Assembly (NCBI GenBank): GCA_964577145.1
Contig: CAZNXM010000007.1
Span: 4,224 to 64,592 of the forward strand
Direction of reading: 5' to 3'
From: an uncultured Candidatus Poseidoniales archaeon
GTDB taxonomy: Archaea; Thermoplasmatota; Poseidoniia; Poseidoniales; Poseidoniaceae
DNA length: 60,369 nucleotides
Both the position numbers and the translations under genes were made by a program. The notes under the pieces are model-generated. The model worked only from the letters and a program-made list of their open reading frames with translations. It searched no databases and had not been told where the DNA came from. Shown here in pieces: positions 36,762 through 45,439 of the stretch (within the stretch, counting starts at the first letter, position 1; each line of letters begins with the position of its first letter).

Positions 36762-37033
36762 TCGAAGTCCTCCTCTAAGATCTGCCTTCGAGTCAGCATT
36801 ATGCCGAAGAGCACAACCAACATGACCGAAGCCAAGTAAACAAGAATCTGAATAACTGCTAGGAACTCAGCACCCATCAGGATGAAAATACCTGCGACGC
36901 CTATGAAACAGAATATCAAGGACATCATGGAATGAGCAACTCGCTGCATGTAAATCAGTCCTAGAGCTCCACCGATAACGATGGTACTCATCAGGAAGAA
37001 GACAACAATTTCAGTAATCTCTGCTGCTGCCAT
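36758..37033 (-). CDS. nuoJ: Complex I subunit J, N-terminal half (split nuoJ)
   Basis: VAHSMMSL, AGIFILMGAEFLAVIQILVY...V.LVVLFGIMLT. Confidence 0.92.
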   Translation of the reverse strand: MAAAEITEIVVFFLMSTIVIGGALGLIYMQRVAHSMMSLIFCFIGVAGIFILMGAEFLAVIQILVYLASVMLVVLFGIMLTRRQILEEDFE

Positions 37034-37035
37034 TT

Positions 37036-37995
37036 TCAAGCCCCCCCTGCAGCCTTTGCTGCTTTCTTGGCACGCTTATCGCGCTCCTTGCTCGCACGCT
37101 TTGCAAGTTCAGCATCAACCGCTTCTTGGTGAACACCTGGTAAAACACGGGTTCTATCCGCATCCATCCAGAGTTCTTGACGACTAAATCCTGACATTCC
37201 ATCATACTCGTTGGTCATGAAGAAAGAGGTGAAATTACATGATTCCATGCATAATCCACAGAACATGCATCGACCTAAATCGATTCTACCAGACACAATC
37301 TGGTCGTCCGCAGGGAATACGCTCTCCAATGCGACTACGTCTTCTTCACCGGAATCATTCCATCGCATTCGCACAGAATCTCCAGAGAGGTCTAGAACTT
37401 CTCCAAAGCGCCATTCCTCAGGTACAGACTTGTGAGCAGTAACGAGGTTGAATGATTCTTGTGTGCTCTTTACCTCTGGCTTTTCAATGGCTGCAAATTT
37501 GCCAACTTCGAGTTCCGAGCCTAGACCTTCCCACTCGCCTTCAGCATTATCGAGAACATCGACTCTGAGTTCTGTGGTCATGTGTAAACAGTCGTTAGGA
37601 CAGATGTTTACGCACATTTTGCACGCAGTACATGTTTCCCAAATTACTCCGATTCGCCCGTTATAATTTCCAGGAACGAAGAGCCATGGCTCAATTTCCT
37701 CAAGCCTTTCATAGGGGTAATTTAGAGTCTGAGGCTTCCAAATTGTTGGGGTCAAATCGGTTCCTGAACGATCTGGTGCATACTCATGAGCAGTAATGTC
37801 ATTGAGATGCTTGGTCTTCTCTGCACGGATGACTGAGGGCTCATCCTTGAATTCCGGGTGTACTGTATTGTGATATTCACTACCGAAAAATCGGCCGAAT
37901 AGTGAATAGGTTCGCAAGAAGGTTAGTCCGGTAATCTTGAACGGATACCAAAACAGGTTTCGGAAGTTAGGCTTGCCGTGTGGATGTGTTGCCAT
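37036..37995 (-). CDS. nuoI: Complex I subunit I (2x[4Fe-4S]) with a large insertion
   Basis: TLNYPYE, CTACKMCVNICP and IDLGRCMFCGLCMESC. It lies between nuoH and nuoJ. Confidence 0.92.
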   Translation of the reverse strand: MATHPHGKPNFRNLFWYPFKITGLTFLRTYSLFGRFFGSEYHNTVHPEFKDEPSVIRAEKTKHLNDITAHEYAPDRSGTDLTPTIWKPQTLNYPYERLEEIEPWLFVPGNYNGRIGVIWETCTACKMCVNICPNDCLHMTTELRVDVLDNAEGEWEGLGSELEVGKFAAIEKPEVKSTQESFNLVTAHKSVPEEWRFGEVLDLSGDSVRMRWNDSGEEDVVALESVFPADDQIVSGRIDLGRCMFCGLCMESCNFTSFFMTNEYDGMSGFSRQELWMDADRTRVLPGVHQEAVDAELAKRASKERDKRAKKAAKAAGGA

Positions 37996-38004
37996 ATTAT
38001 CACC

Positions 38005-39486
38005 TCACTCCGTACCTGCAGTGTGCGTTCCCGCAGGCGTTAACGTCTGAACATGGTACATTCTTTCCATATCTTCAGTATCGTCTTCGTCATTCATGAA
38101 TACCCAGAATACTGCCAACCAGAAGGCTGTGGTCAATATTGGGACCGCCCAAGGGAACAGTCCAGCATCCCACGACCATCCACCAGAGGTGGAATCATCG
38201 AGAGCACTTGCATCGAATAGGTAGATTCTGTAAATGATTGCAAGGGCAACTTGTAGAACAGAAAGTGGTAGAAGCATTCTCCAGCCGAACTCGAGAATCT
38301 GGTCGGTACGGATACGAGGTAGAGCAGTGCGTGCCCAAACGAATACCACCGTGAAAATCATCCAAGCCTTCAGCAAAGTCCAGATTACACCAGGAATCAA
38401 TGGGCCACCGGGAACTAATCCTGCAAATGGTGAATGCCACCCTCCAAGGAAGAAGTGAGCGAATAGAATCGATGCCGCATAGACACGCATGTACTCAGCA
38501 GCGAATAAGAGGCCAAAGCGCATACCGCCATACTCAGTCCACCAACCTTCGACAAGCTCGGCCTCAGCCTCTGGCATATCGAAAGGAATTCGCTCAACTT
38601 CTGCAATCATACTCACGAGGTACAATACTGCGCCAAGAGGCATGAGGAAGAGTAGCCATACGCCAGATGAGTGTTGGAAGTGTACAATCTCAAGGAAATT
38701 GAATGAGCCTGCCATGATACAAACTCCAAGAATGCTAAGCAATAGTGGAATTTCATATGCAGTTAATTGAGCAGCACTTCTAATTCCTCCAAGTAGAGTG
38801 TACTTGTTATTGGAAGACCAACCTGCAAAGAAGACGCCTAAAGGCGCAATTCCAAAGATTGCAAAGGCGAATAATACCGAGAGTTCAGGATTAGCACCAT
38901 AGATTCCGCTCGATAGCGGAATCATTCCAAGAATCATTACTGTTGAAGAGATTACAAGGAATGGTGCTAGTTCAAAGATGACCTTATCCGCACGATTTGG
39001 AACCATGTGTTCCTTGATTAGGAATTTCATTCCATCTGCAAGGTTCTGGAAGAACCCTGGGAAAATGGTCACGCCATACCAAGAACGGTTACCTACTCTG
39101 TTGACCATCTCTTGTTCGTGGCCATCATTTCCAGCTACGCGATTAAGCCATCCGTTAATTGCACCAATTGGCTTACCTAAGCCATATGGAATCATATTCC
39201 ACCATTCGCCAGCAGTAACCCCATTTTCTCCGACCCAAAGTGAACGGAGAGCGGTAGTTGCACCACGACGATCGTTGACACGAGCGTAGAATTTCCGCTC
39301 GATCCAGAGAATCATAAACATCGAAATCATGATTCCTCCGAAGGTAATCAAACAAGTTAGTAGGGTGTGAATGAAGAATGCAACATCATTGCTACTCGAT
39401 TCAAGGAATGTGCCCTCAAATGCCCACCAGCACAACTCACGTGTGCGATAGAAAATGAAATCGTGAAGTCCTAGCCAGTCATTCAT
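38005..39486 (-). CDS. nuoH: Complex I subunit H
   Basis: WIERKFYAR, ADGMKFLIKE, GWSSNNKYTLLGGIRSAAQLTAYEIP, RIPFDMPEAEAELVEGWWTEY and PRIRTDQ. ATG 39486 has a GAGGTG SD. Confidence 0.96.
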   Translation of the reverse strand: MNDWLGLHDFIFYRTRELCWWAFEGTFLESSSNDVAFFIHTLLTCLITFGGIMISMFMILWIERKFYARVNDRRGATTALRSLWVGENGVTAGEWWNMIPYGLGKPIGAINGWLNRVAGNDGHEQEMVNRVGNRSWYGVTIFPGFFQNLADGMKFLIKEHMVPNRADKVIFELAPFLVISSTVMILGMIPLSSGIYGANPELSVLFAFAIFGIAPLGVFFAGWSSNNKYTLLGGIRSAAQLTAYEIPLLLSILGVCIMAGSFNFLEIVHFQHSSGVWLLFLMPLGAVLYLVSMIAEVERIPFDMPEAEAELVEGWWTEYGGMRFGLLFAAEYMRVYAASILFAHFFLGGWHSPFAGLVPGGPLIPGVIWTLLKAWMIFTVVFVWARTALPRIRTDQILEFGWRMLLPLSVLQVALAIIYRIYLFDASALDDSTSGGWSWDAGLFPWAVPILTTAFWLAVFWVFMNDEDDTEDMERMYHVQTLTPAGTHTAGTE

Positions 39487-39496
39487 AACAATCACC

Positions 39497-40639
39497 TCAA
39501 CGGTCGGTCTCCCCAATACACGGATCAAAACTGCCCATAATGGCAGGAATATCTGCGACCTTGTAACCAATCATGGTTTTAGCCACATATGGAATTGTGA
39601 TGAACATAGGCGAGCGTATCGAAACTCTGTACGGGTGTTTTCCACGACCATCGCCACCACCTTGAAGGTAGAATTGGCTAACTCCACGGGTGCATTCGTA
39701 AGTGCTTGTACCAGTTGCTCCTTCAGGAGCACGGGTTGGTGCCTTAGTGAGAATCATTTCATCGCCGGGTGAATAATGAGTGTTTGAGCCACCTGGAATC
39801 TTCTCTATTGCATCGAGAATCATACGGCAGGATTGGCGCATCTCTTCCATTCGCACACGGTAGCGGTCATAACAATCCGCACCTTTGACACTGGTTGGTT
39901 TCTCAACCGCTGGCTCCCAATCAACTTGGTCGTAGACCGAGTAAGGATTGGTCCATCGTGCATCGGTGTTGACTCCAGCTGCACGAATATTTGGACCTGT
40001 TACGCCTTCGTTGAGTTGGTCTTCTGCAGTAGCATACCCGACTCCTTGTAGACGAACTAGCCAAATTGTGGATTCATCAAGAAGCATCTCATACTCATCG
40101 ATACGGTGTTCGAACAACTTGATTTTCGCACGCAAGCGGTCAGCCCAGCCGATTGGAATATCTCGCTTGACTCCACCCACTCTAGGGAAATTGTAGTGCA
40201 TTCGGGAACCACCGAGTTCTTGGAGCAGGTCGAGGAACATCTCTCGGTCACGTAAACACCAAGTCATCAGTGTTAGATTTCCGATATCTGGACCAAATGC
40301 TCCAAGCCACATCAAGTGACTTGCTAAGCGCTGAAGTTCAGCCGCCATTAAACGAATATATTCTGCACGCTCAGGGACTTCAGCCTCGAGAAGGTCCTCC
40401 GCTGCCATGATGTACGAATGCGCCCAAGTCATAGCGCTAACATAGCACAGACGGTCGCAATAAGGAGTGATTTGAGTGAAGTCTCTCGACTCACAAATCT
40501 TCTCAACTCCACGGTGAATGTATCCGAGTTCTGCCTCGGTATCGGTAACCGTTTCTCCATCGACCTTGACTCTTAGAGTCCACAGGCCATGCGTCATTGG
40601 GTGCTGAGGCCCCATAGTGATCCACATTTCTGCCATCAT
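39497..40639 (-). CDS. nuoD: Complex I subunit D
   Basis: MGPQHPMTHG, GYIHRGVEK, DRLCYVS and C-terminal GSFDPCIGETDR. It lacks NiFe CxxC motifs. Confidence 0.96.
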   Translation of the reverse strand: MMAEMWITMGPQHPMTHGLWTLRVKVDGETVTDTEAELGYIHRGVEKICESRDFTQITPYCDRLCYVSAMTWAHSYIMAAEDLLEAEVPERAEYIRLMAAELQRLASHLMWLGAFGPDIGNLTLMTWCLRDREMFLDLLQELGGSRMHYNFPRVGGVKRDIPIGWADRLRAKIKLFEHRIDEYEMLLDESTIWLVRLQGVGYATAEDQLNEGVTGPNIRAAGVNTDARWTNPYSVYDQVDWEPAVEKPTSVKGADCYDRYRVRMEEMRQSCRMILDAIEKIPGGSNTHYSPGDEMILTKAPTRAPEGATGTSTYECTRGVSQFYLQGGGDGRGKHPYRVSIRSPMFITIPYVAKTMIGYKVADIPAIMGSFDPCIGETDR

Positions 40640-40646
40640 CAACACC

Positions 40647-41300
40647 TCACTTTACACGGCCCTCATCAACCGGTTTACGACCGAATCCCTGAGGGTCGTC
40701 GTACATTTCATTGAAATCATGATAGCGAATCTTGTGTTGTCTCTGTAAAGGATGGAATTCATCTGGGGAATCGTGGGGATTTAGAACGCGGTGCATATTG
40801 ACATGCCCTTCGAAATCAATCCCTACAAGGTCCCAAGTTTCTTTTTCATTCCAATCAGCCCCGCCCCAGATGTCCTGGACAGATGGCACGGATGGTGATT
40901 CACTCGCCTCAATTGGAATGAAAACTTCGTACTCAAGTGGGACGTCTTCTCCTGTGAGTTTTTCGCCAACGTGAATAGTACTGGTATGTGGTGCAACATT
41001 TGCGATTGGCCAGCGATACAAGTGTACTGCAACTTCCCAACCTCTCTCTGAAGAACCGTCAGGGAAATGTGTTCCAGTAATCATCCCGCAATGGTTGACT
41101 CCAGCCTCTGCAGCAAGCCACTTTGCAAGGGCTCTCCACTGAGCAGGAGCGCAAGTGATGCGCACGAATTCGAATTTCTTTCCTGCACTATGAGCCACTG
41201 TTTCGGCTACAATACCAGCGTCTGAGAAGCGCTCATTAACCGCACTAGTTGCAGCTGACACTGCCTTAGAATTCTGTTTAGCGGTAATTGTGGTACCCAT
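40647..41300 (-). CDS. nuoC: Complex I subunit C
   Basis: VPSVQDIWGGADWNEKETWDLVGIDFEGH...HPLQR. Confidence 0.93.
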   Translation of the reverse strand: MGTTITAKQNSKAVSAATSAVNERFSDAGIVAETVAHSAGKKFEFVRITCAPAQWRALAKWLAAEAGVNHCGMITGTHFPDGSSERGWEVAVHLYRWPIANVAPHTSTIHVGEKLTGEDVPLEYEVFIPIEASESPSVPSVQDIWGGADWNEKETWDLVGIDFEGHVNMHRVLNPHDSPDEFHPLQRQHKIRYHDFNEMYDDPQGFGRKPVDEGRVK

Positions 41301-41302
41301 GT

Positions 41303-41896
41303 TCAGTCCTCTCCGATGATGATGGGCTTGTCACCCTCACGGCCAGTGGATGGTGCTCCACCAATGCGAATTATCTTCTCGCGCAACTTACCAAAGCCAT
41401 CGATGAGGGCCTCTGGTCGAGGTGGGCATCCTGGAATGTATACGTCTACTGGGATGACTGTGTCAACCCCTTCGAGAATATTGTATGACTGATAATATGG
41501 GCCTCCTGAAATGGCACATTCGCCCATTGCAATACAATACTTAGGCTCAGGCATCTGCTCCCATAGCCTGACAACAGGGTCGGCGAATTTCTTTGAAATT
41601 GGTCCATTGACCAACAGAACATCGCTCTGACGTGGGCTTGATCTGAATAGTACTCCGAAACGGTCTCCATCAAATCTCGGTGTCGCTGAAGCTGCCATCT
41701 CAATAGCACAGCACTTGATTCCAAGGTGCAGTGTGAACAAAGATTTACGCCCAGCCCAATTGAAGAATCGACCAGCGAGTACTCCTAGGAATTGCTTAAT
41801 CCGTGTAGCCTTGAGGGCTTCATCGGTAACATCTCCTACCATCTCTACGAGGGCACGGCTGTTGAATGCGGCGTAATTCTCTCCACTATCACTCAT
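41303..41896 (-). CDS. nuoB: Complex I subunit B
   Basis: KCCAIEM, RSSPRQSD, QMPEPKYCIAMGECAISGG and PVDVYIPGCPPRPEAL. Confidence 0.97.
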   Translation of the reverse strand: MSDSGENYAAFNSRALVEMVGDVTDEALKATRIKQFLGVLAGRFFNWAGRKSLFTLHLGIKCCAIEMAASATPRFDGDRFGVLFRSSPRQSDVLLVNGPISKKFADPVVRLWEQMPEPKYCIAMGECAISGGPYYQSYNILEGVDTVIPVDVYIPGCPPRPEALIDGFGKLREKIIRIGGAPSTGREGDKPIIIGED

Positions 41897-41905
41897 CAAA
41901 TCACC

Positions 41906-42379
41906 TCAGATGTAAATGCGGCCTCTCTTGCGGAAGACGTGCCAAACACCCATTACCATGATGCCGAAGAAAAACGCTAGTACCAACATACTGCCCTCTA
42001 GGGAAGTCAGGTCTGCTGCACTTGCTCCAGCGCCAGTATTCTCAGCGGCCAATAGTCCGCCAAGTGCTAAGAACATGAAAGCAACATCAAACACAAGGAA
42101 GATAATAGCGTACCAATAGTATTGGAAGTGGAATTGAATCATTGCATCTCCAACAGGTTCTGAACCACATTCATAGGTTGAAAGTCGACGTGGATAGAGG
42201 CTATGGTCACTCTCATACCCTTCCATCAGCCACGAACGGGTAATGTTTGGGCGAGAGGGGTCGGTCTTGGGCATCACGAAGTATTGCGTGACGAATGCGC
42301 CTAGGGGCATGCCAATACCGATGAGGGTAAGGAGGGCCATCGAGAGATAGGTGCCAGTAACGGAAATATCGCCGACCAT
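41906..42379 (-). CDS. nuoA: Complex I subunit A
   Basis: TYECG.EP.G and [13 protein letters not shown], with three TM helices. Confidence 0.95.
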   Translation of the reverse strand: MVGDISVTGTYLSMALLTLIGIGMPLGAFVTQYFVMPKTDPSRPNITRSWLMEGYESDHSLYPRRLSTYECGSEPVGDAMIQFHFQYYWYAIIFLVFDVAFMFLALGGLLAAENTGAGASAADLTSLEGSMLVLAFFFGIMVMGVWHVFRKRGRIYI

Positions 42380-42480
42380 TCAATCACCATTGAGAGCGAT
42401 GACGCTCTCCAATCTTGGCGACTCGCGGTCCATCCATAAGCGTTGTCTCACACCCACGCGAAAGAACAGGGTCAAAATCA

Positions 42481-42497
42481 TGACCCCGTAGGGGTCA
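42481..42497. repeat. Palindromic element TGACCCC-GTA-GGGGTCA (copy 2)
   Basis: 7-bp inverted repeat overlapping the stop of the 42495 gene, upstream of the nuo operon. Confidence 0.65.
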
Positions 42498-45386
42498 AGC
42501 GCTCTTTCTACGGCTCATGAAAAATAGCCCTAGGATAATTACTCCACCCATCCCATAGAGTACATTTGGAGTGATTAAAGAATTCAATGCAAAAGTCTCA
42601 GGATGTCCGGTTACTGTCAATTCAATATTTTCACGCCCGACCAATCCAACATCGGTTGGTTCTACTGAGAGCGTGAAAATATACTCATCAGTAATCTCTG
42701 CATTATCAATTGAAGGTGGTCTGACTAATGCGGTTATTCTCATCGTCTCTCCCTCTTCGAGGATACAAATCAAATCCGCTCCATCGCTCTCACATCCTTG
42801 ATCAGCTGAAAGTGTAACACTCCATCCTCTCAAACCTTCACTTGCGAAAACCTTGACTTCGGTTTCGACATTTCCGCTATTTGTAATATTGACATAGAAT
42901 TTGGAATTGGATTCAATGTCACCGAATGTAATGTCTCTATCTGCATCTCCAATGAGTTCCATATCTAAGTCCATCACTGTTTCAACCGAAAGTGAAACTG
43001 TGATTTTTCCACTCCTGTTTGCAGCATTTGCCACAGATGTTACGACCATCTCTAACAAACCGCCATCACCATTTTCCGAACTACTAGATGCGGTGATAAC
43101 CAGCTCGATAACAGCATAATATTGGATTGCTTCATGTGTTTCCATCAATCCTGCAGCAATCATTTTCTCGACTATTTTATCGTCGGTACTTCCAATCATT
43201 GGGCCGCCGTTCTCATAGTAGAATTCGCCTGTGGCGAGGTCTTTTGCACCCCAGCCCTTAGGAACATGAATCGCTCCATCAATTTCCATGCCTTGGTGAT
43301 AGATTGTACGAGTTGCAATTCCTTGTAATCCAGTGAAGTCGAATAGTGCATCATCGTGGCCATCGCCGGTATTGATCACTTTGATCTGATAAGTGGAAGA
43401 GCCCCCCGGTGGTAAGATTATGAGCCCATTACGAGAAAGGTCATTCGTCGAATGCATAATCAAACAATCCATTGCGAAATTGCGGTCGGAAAGAATTGCA
43501 CGGAAGGTAAATTCGATTTGATTGTCAGGGACGCCGTCATCATCAGCATCACCATTGTTATTATCGCCAATATTGGTTACACGAACAGTTAGCCTTGAAC
43601 TTGCTAATTCTTCTTCACCATCTATACTGACAACGAGATACATTATCGCCGAACTTCTTGCATCGATATCAATCTCGGTCTTTACTTCATCATCAGCCGT
43701 CTCGAAGTGATTGCCCCATGCTGGTGTTGCAGTCTGAGAGATTACAGAGAATCTGAATGAATCAACTGTATTTCCATCATTGTGCACAGTGATTGGGAAC
43801 CTTACAGTAGTGTCTGAGCGACCTGTTTGGTCATCGGCAACCGAATCACCACTCATCCCATGAATCGCCTTTACAGTAATTCGTAATGTCTGAGTAGCAT
43901 ATGCAGCACCGCCGCTATTTGGCATTACAGAGAATGTGATTTCCACTTCTTCTGTAGCAAGAGCATCATCCGGCAATGATACTTGAATTTCGATAGTACC
44001 TTGCTTTTGATTTGAATGACGAGATTCGGTAGAGATTGTAGATGCTTCAAGGGAGACTGACCATCCCGAAGGTGGGGATGATGCTGAAACGCGGAAAGTA
44101 TCGGGACCATTGCCCTCATTTGTAACAGTTAGAGTAGTGGTAGCATTCGCCCCTGGGTCAATATTGTGTATTACAGAATTACCCATCGACATCGATGCAC
44201 CATGCGACTGTCCAACTATCACATTGATGTCTGATGAACACTTAGCAAGATTGCCGTCTCTTCCTTGAATCGTTATCGTGGATTGGCTATTAGCCTCAAC
44301 TGAATCATCTGGAGTAATGTCGATTGTGAACTCTTTCTCGCCATTTCCATCATCATAGGGGAGCATTCCACTCGATGCACCATCGACTGAAGCCCATGAC
44401 GCCTTCGAGCCAGTAAATGCGACATTTACCGACCAATCGGTATTACCGGTATTCGAGAAAGTAGCCTCTAAACTTCCAGAATTTCCGGGGTCAACAGAAA
44501 CTGAGGACTTGGATAATTCCAAATCGCATTCCTTTAATTCGGGAACTGTAAGATCGAATGGTTCAACATCCGATGCACTACCATTTGGATTTTGGTCATT
44601 GGAAACAACTCCAGTAATCTCCCAGCAATACTTCTCAGCAGATGCACCCGCAGGTACATCCAAAGTAACGAGAACCCATTCACTCGATTCATTGTCGAGT
44701 TGTACTTGTGCAGGATCCACACTTACTGAGAAACCAGTAGAGGAAACACAGGGTCCTGAAGTGATGTCTTCCAAAGTAAGGTCAATAGTTTCCTGAACTC
44801 TACCTGTGTTTTTGACTTCAACATCCCATTCAATTGTCGATTCTCCAGCCCATGTTCTCGATGGCTGTTCTACAGTTAACTCAACGCCGAATACTTCTGA
44901 ACCTGCACCATCACCTGCTGTAGTGGTGACATCATACGTTTCTTGTGCAGGAGCTCCGGGCTGGTCCGGAGGTGTAACCTGTTCGTTGGCATTTGCCGTG
45001 ACAGTAGTAATGCAAGAGTCCTCGGCATTTTGAGCAAGTGTAACGTTGAGGAAGGTTTCCTCAGTAGCACCAGAGTCGATTGGCTGGCCAATCTGACCGA
45101 TAGTTGAAGAGTATCCACTGCAATCCTGGTCATTCGTTGCAGCTAGATTTATCGAAACAGGATTTGCACCATTATTGGTGACTCTAACAGTATACTCCGC
45201 AGTTTCTCCAGGATTGACAGTTTGAGCCACTGGAGAAACTGTCAGGGTGATACTCGCATCCCTGCCACTATCATCTGCAAGTACAGGAGTTGCAAGTGCA
45301 GGAATGATTGCGAGGAGCATGATAGAAACAAGCAAGATACTGGCTCGACGCTGGTTGCGTAGGAGGTCTTCTCGGCGGGGTTCCAT
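42495..45386 (-). CDS. Large surface protein with repeated Ig-like (NEW3/NPCBM-associated-like) domains and a C-terminal TM anchor
   Basis: Signal peptide, about 7 repeats of (V/I)xNxG(N) beta-sandwich motifs (VTNNGAN, VKNTGR, FSNTGN, VTNEGNG, VHNDGN, VINTGD, ITNSGN), then a C-terminal TM and SRRKSA. Start is probably ATG 45386. Confidence 0.8.
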   Translation of the reverse strand: MEPRREDLLRNQRRASILLVSIMLLAIIPALATPVLADDSGRDASITLTVSPVAQTVNPGETAEYTVRVTNNGANPVSINLAATNDQDCSGYSSTIGQIGQPIDSGATEETFLNVTLAQNAEDSCITTVTANANEQVTPPDQPGAPAQETYDVTTTAGDGAGSEVFGVELTVEQPSRTWAGESTIEWDVEVKNTGRVQETIDLTLEDITSGPCVSSTGFSVSVDPAQVQLDNESSEWVLVTLDVPAGASAEKYCWEITGVVSNDQNPNGSASDVEPFDLTVPELKECDLELSKSSVSVDPGNSGSLEATFSNTGNTDWSVNVAFTGSKASWASVDGASSGMLPYDDGNGEKEFTIDITPDDSVEANSQSTITIQGRDGNLAKCSSDINVIVGQSHGASMSMGNSVIHNIDPGANATTTLTVTNEGNGPDTFRVSASSPPSGWSVSLEASTISTESRHSNQKQGTIEIQVSLPDDALATEEVEITFSVMPNSGGAAYATQTLRITVKAIHGMSGDSVADDQTGRSDTTVRFPITVHNDGNTVDSFRFSVISQTATPAWGNHFETADDEVKTEIDIDARSSAIMYLVVSIDGEEELASSRLTVRVTNIGDNNNGDADDDGVPDNQIEFTFRAILSDRNFAMDCLIMHSTNDLSRNGLIILPPGGSSTYQIKVINTGDGHDDALFDFTGLQGIATRTIYHQGMEIDGAIHVPKGWGAKDLATGEFYYENGGPMIGSTDDKIVEKMIAAGLMETHEAIQYYAVIELVITASSSSENGDGGLLEMVVTSVANAANRSGKITVSLSVETVMDLDMELIGDADRDITFGDIESNSKFYVNITNSGNVETEVKVFASEGLRGWSVTLSADQGCESDGADLICILEEGETMRITALVRPPSIDNAEITDEYIFTLSVEPTDVGLVGRENIELTVTGHPETFALNSLITPNVLYGMGGVIILGLFFMSRRKSA

Positions 45387-45439
45387 GAACCCCGCTCGAA
45401 GCCTTCCCATTAAAGGCCTGTCCGAGTATGTTTGAATTA

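Noticed and set aside
36489-37039. nuoJ as a frameshifted pseudogene
   Set aside because: The two halves are coupled by an ATGA overlap with an SD-like GAGGAGG. Split nuoJ/fpoJ is established in archaea.
39497-41899. nuoB/C/D as a group 4 [NiFe] hydrogenase
   Set aside because: The large subunit lacks both Ni-binding CxxC motifs and has the complex I GPQHP..HG and GE.DR motifs.
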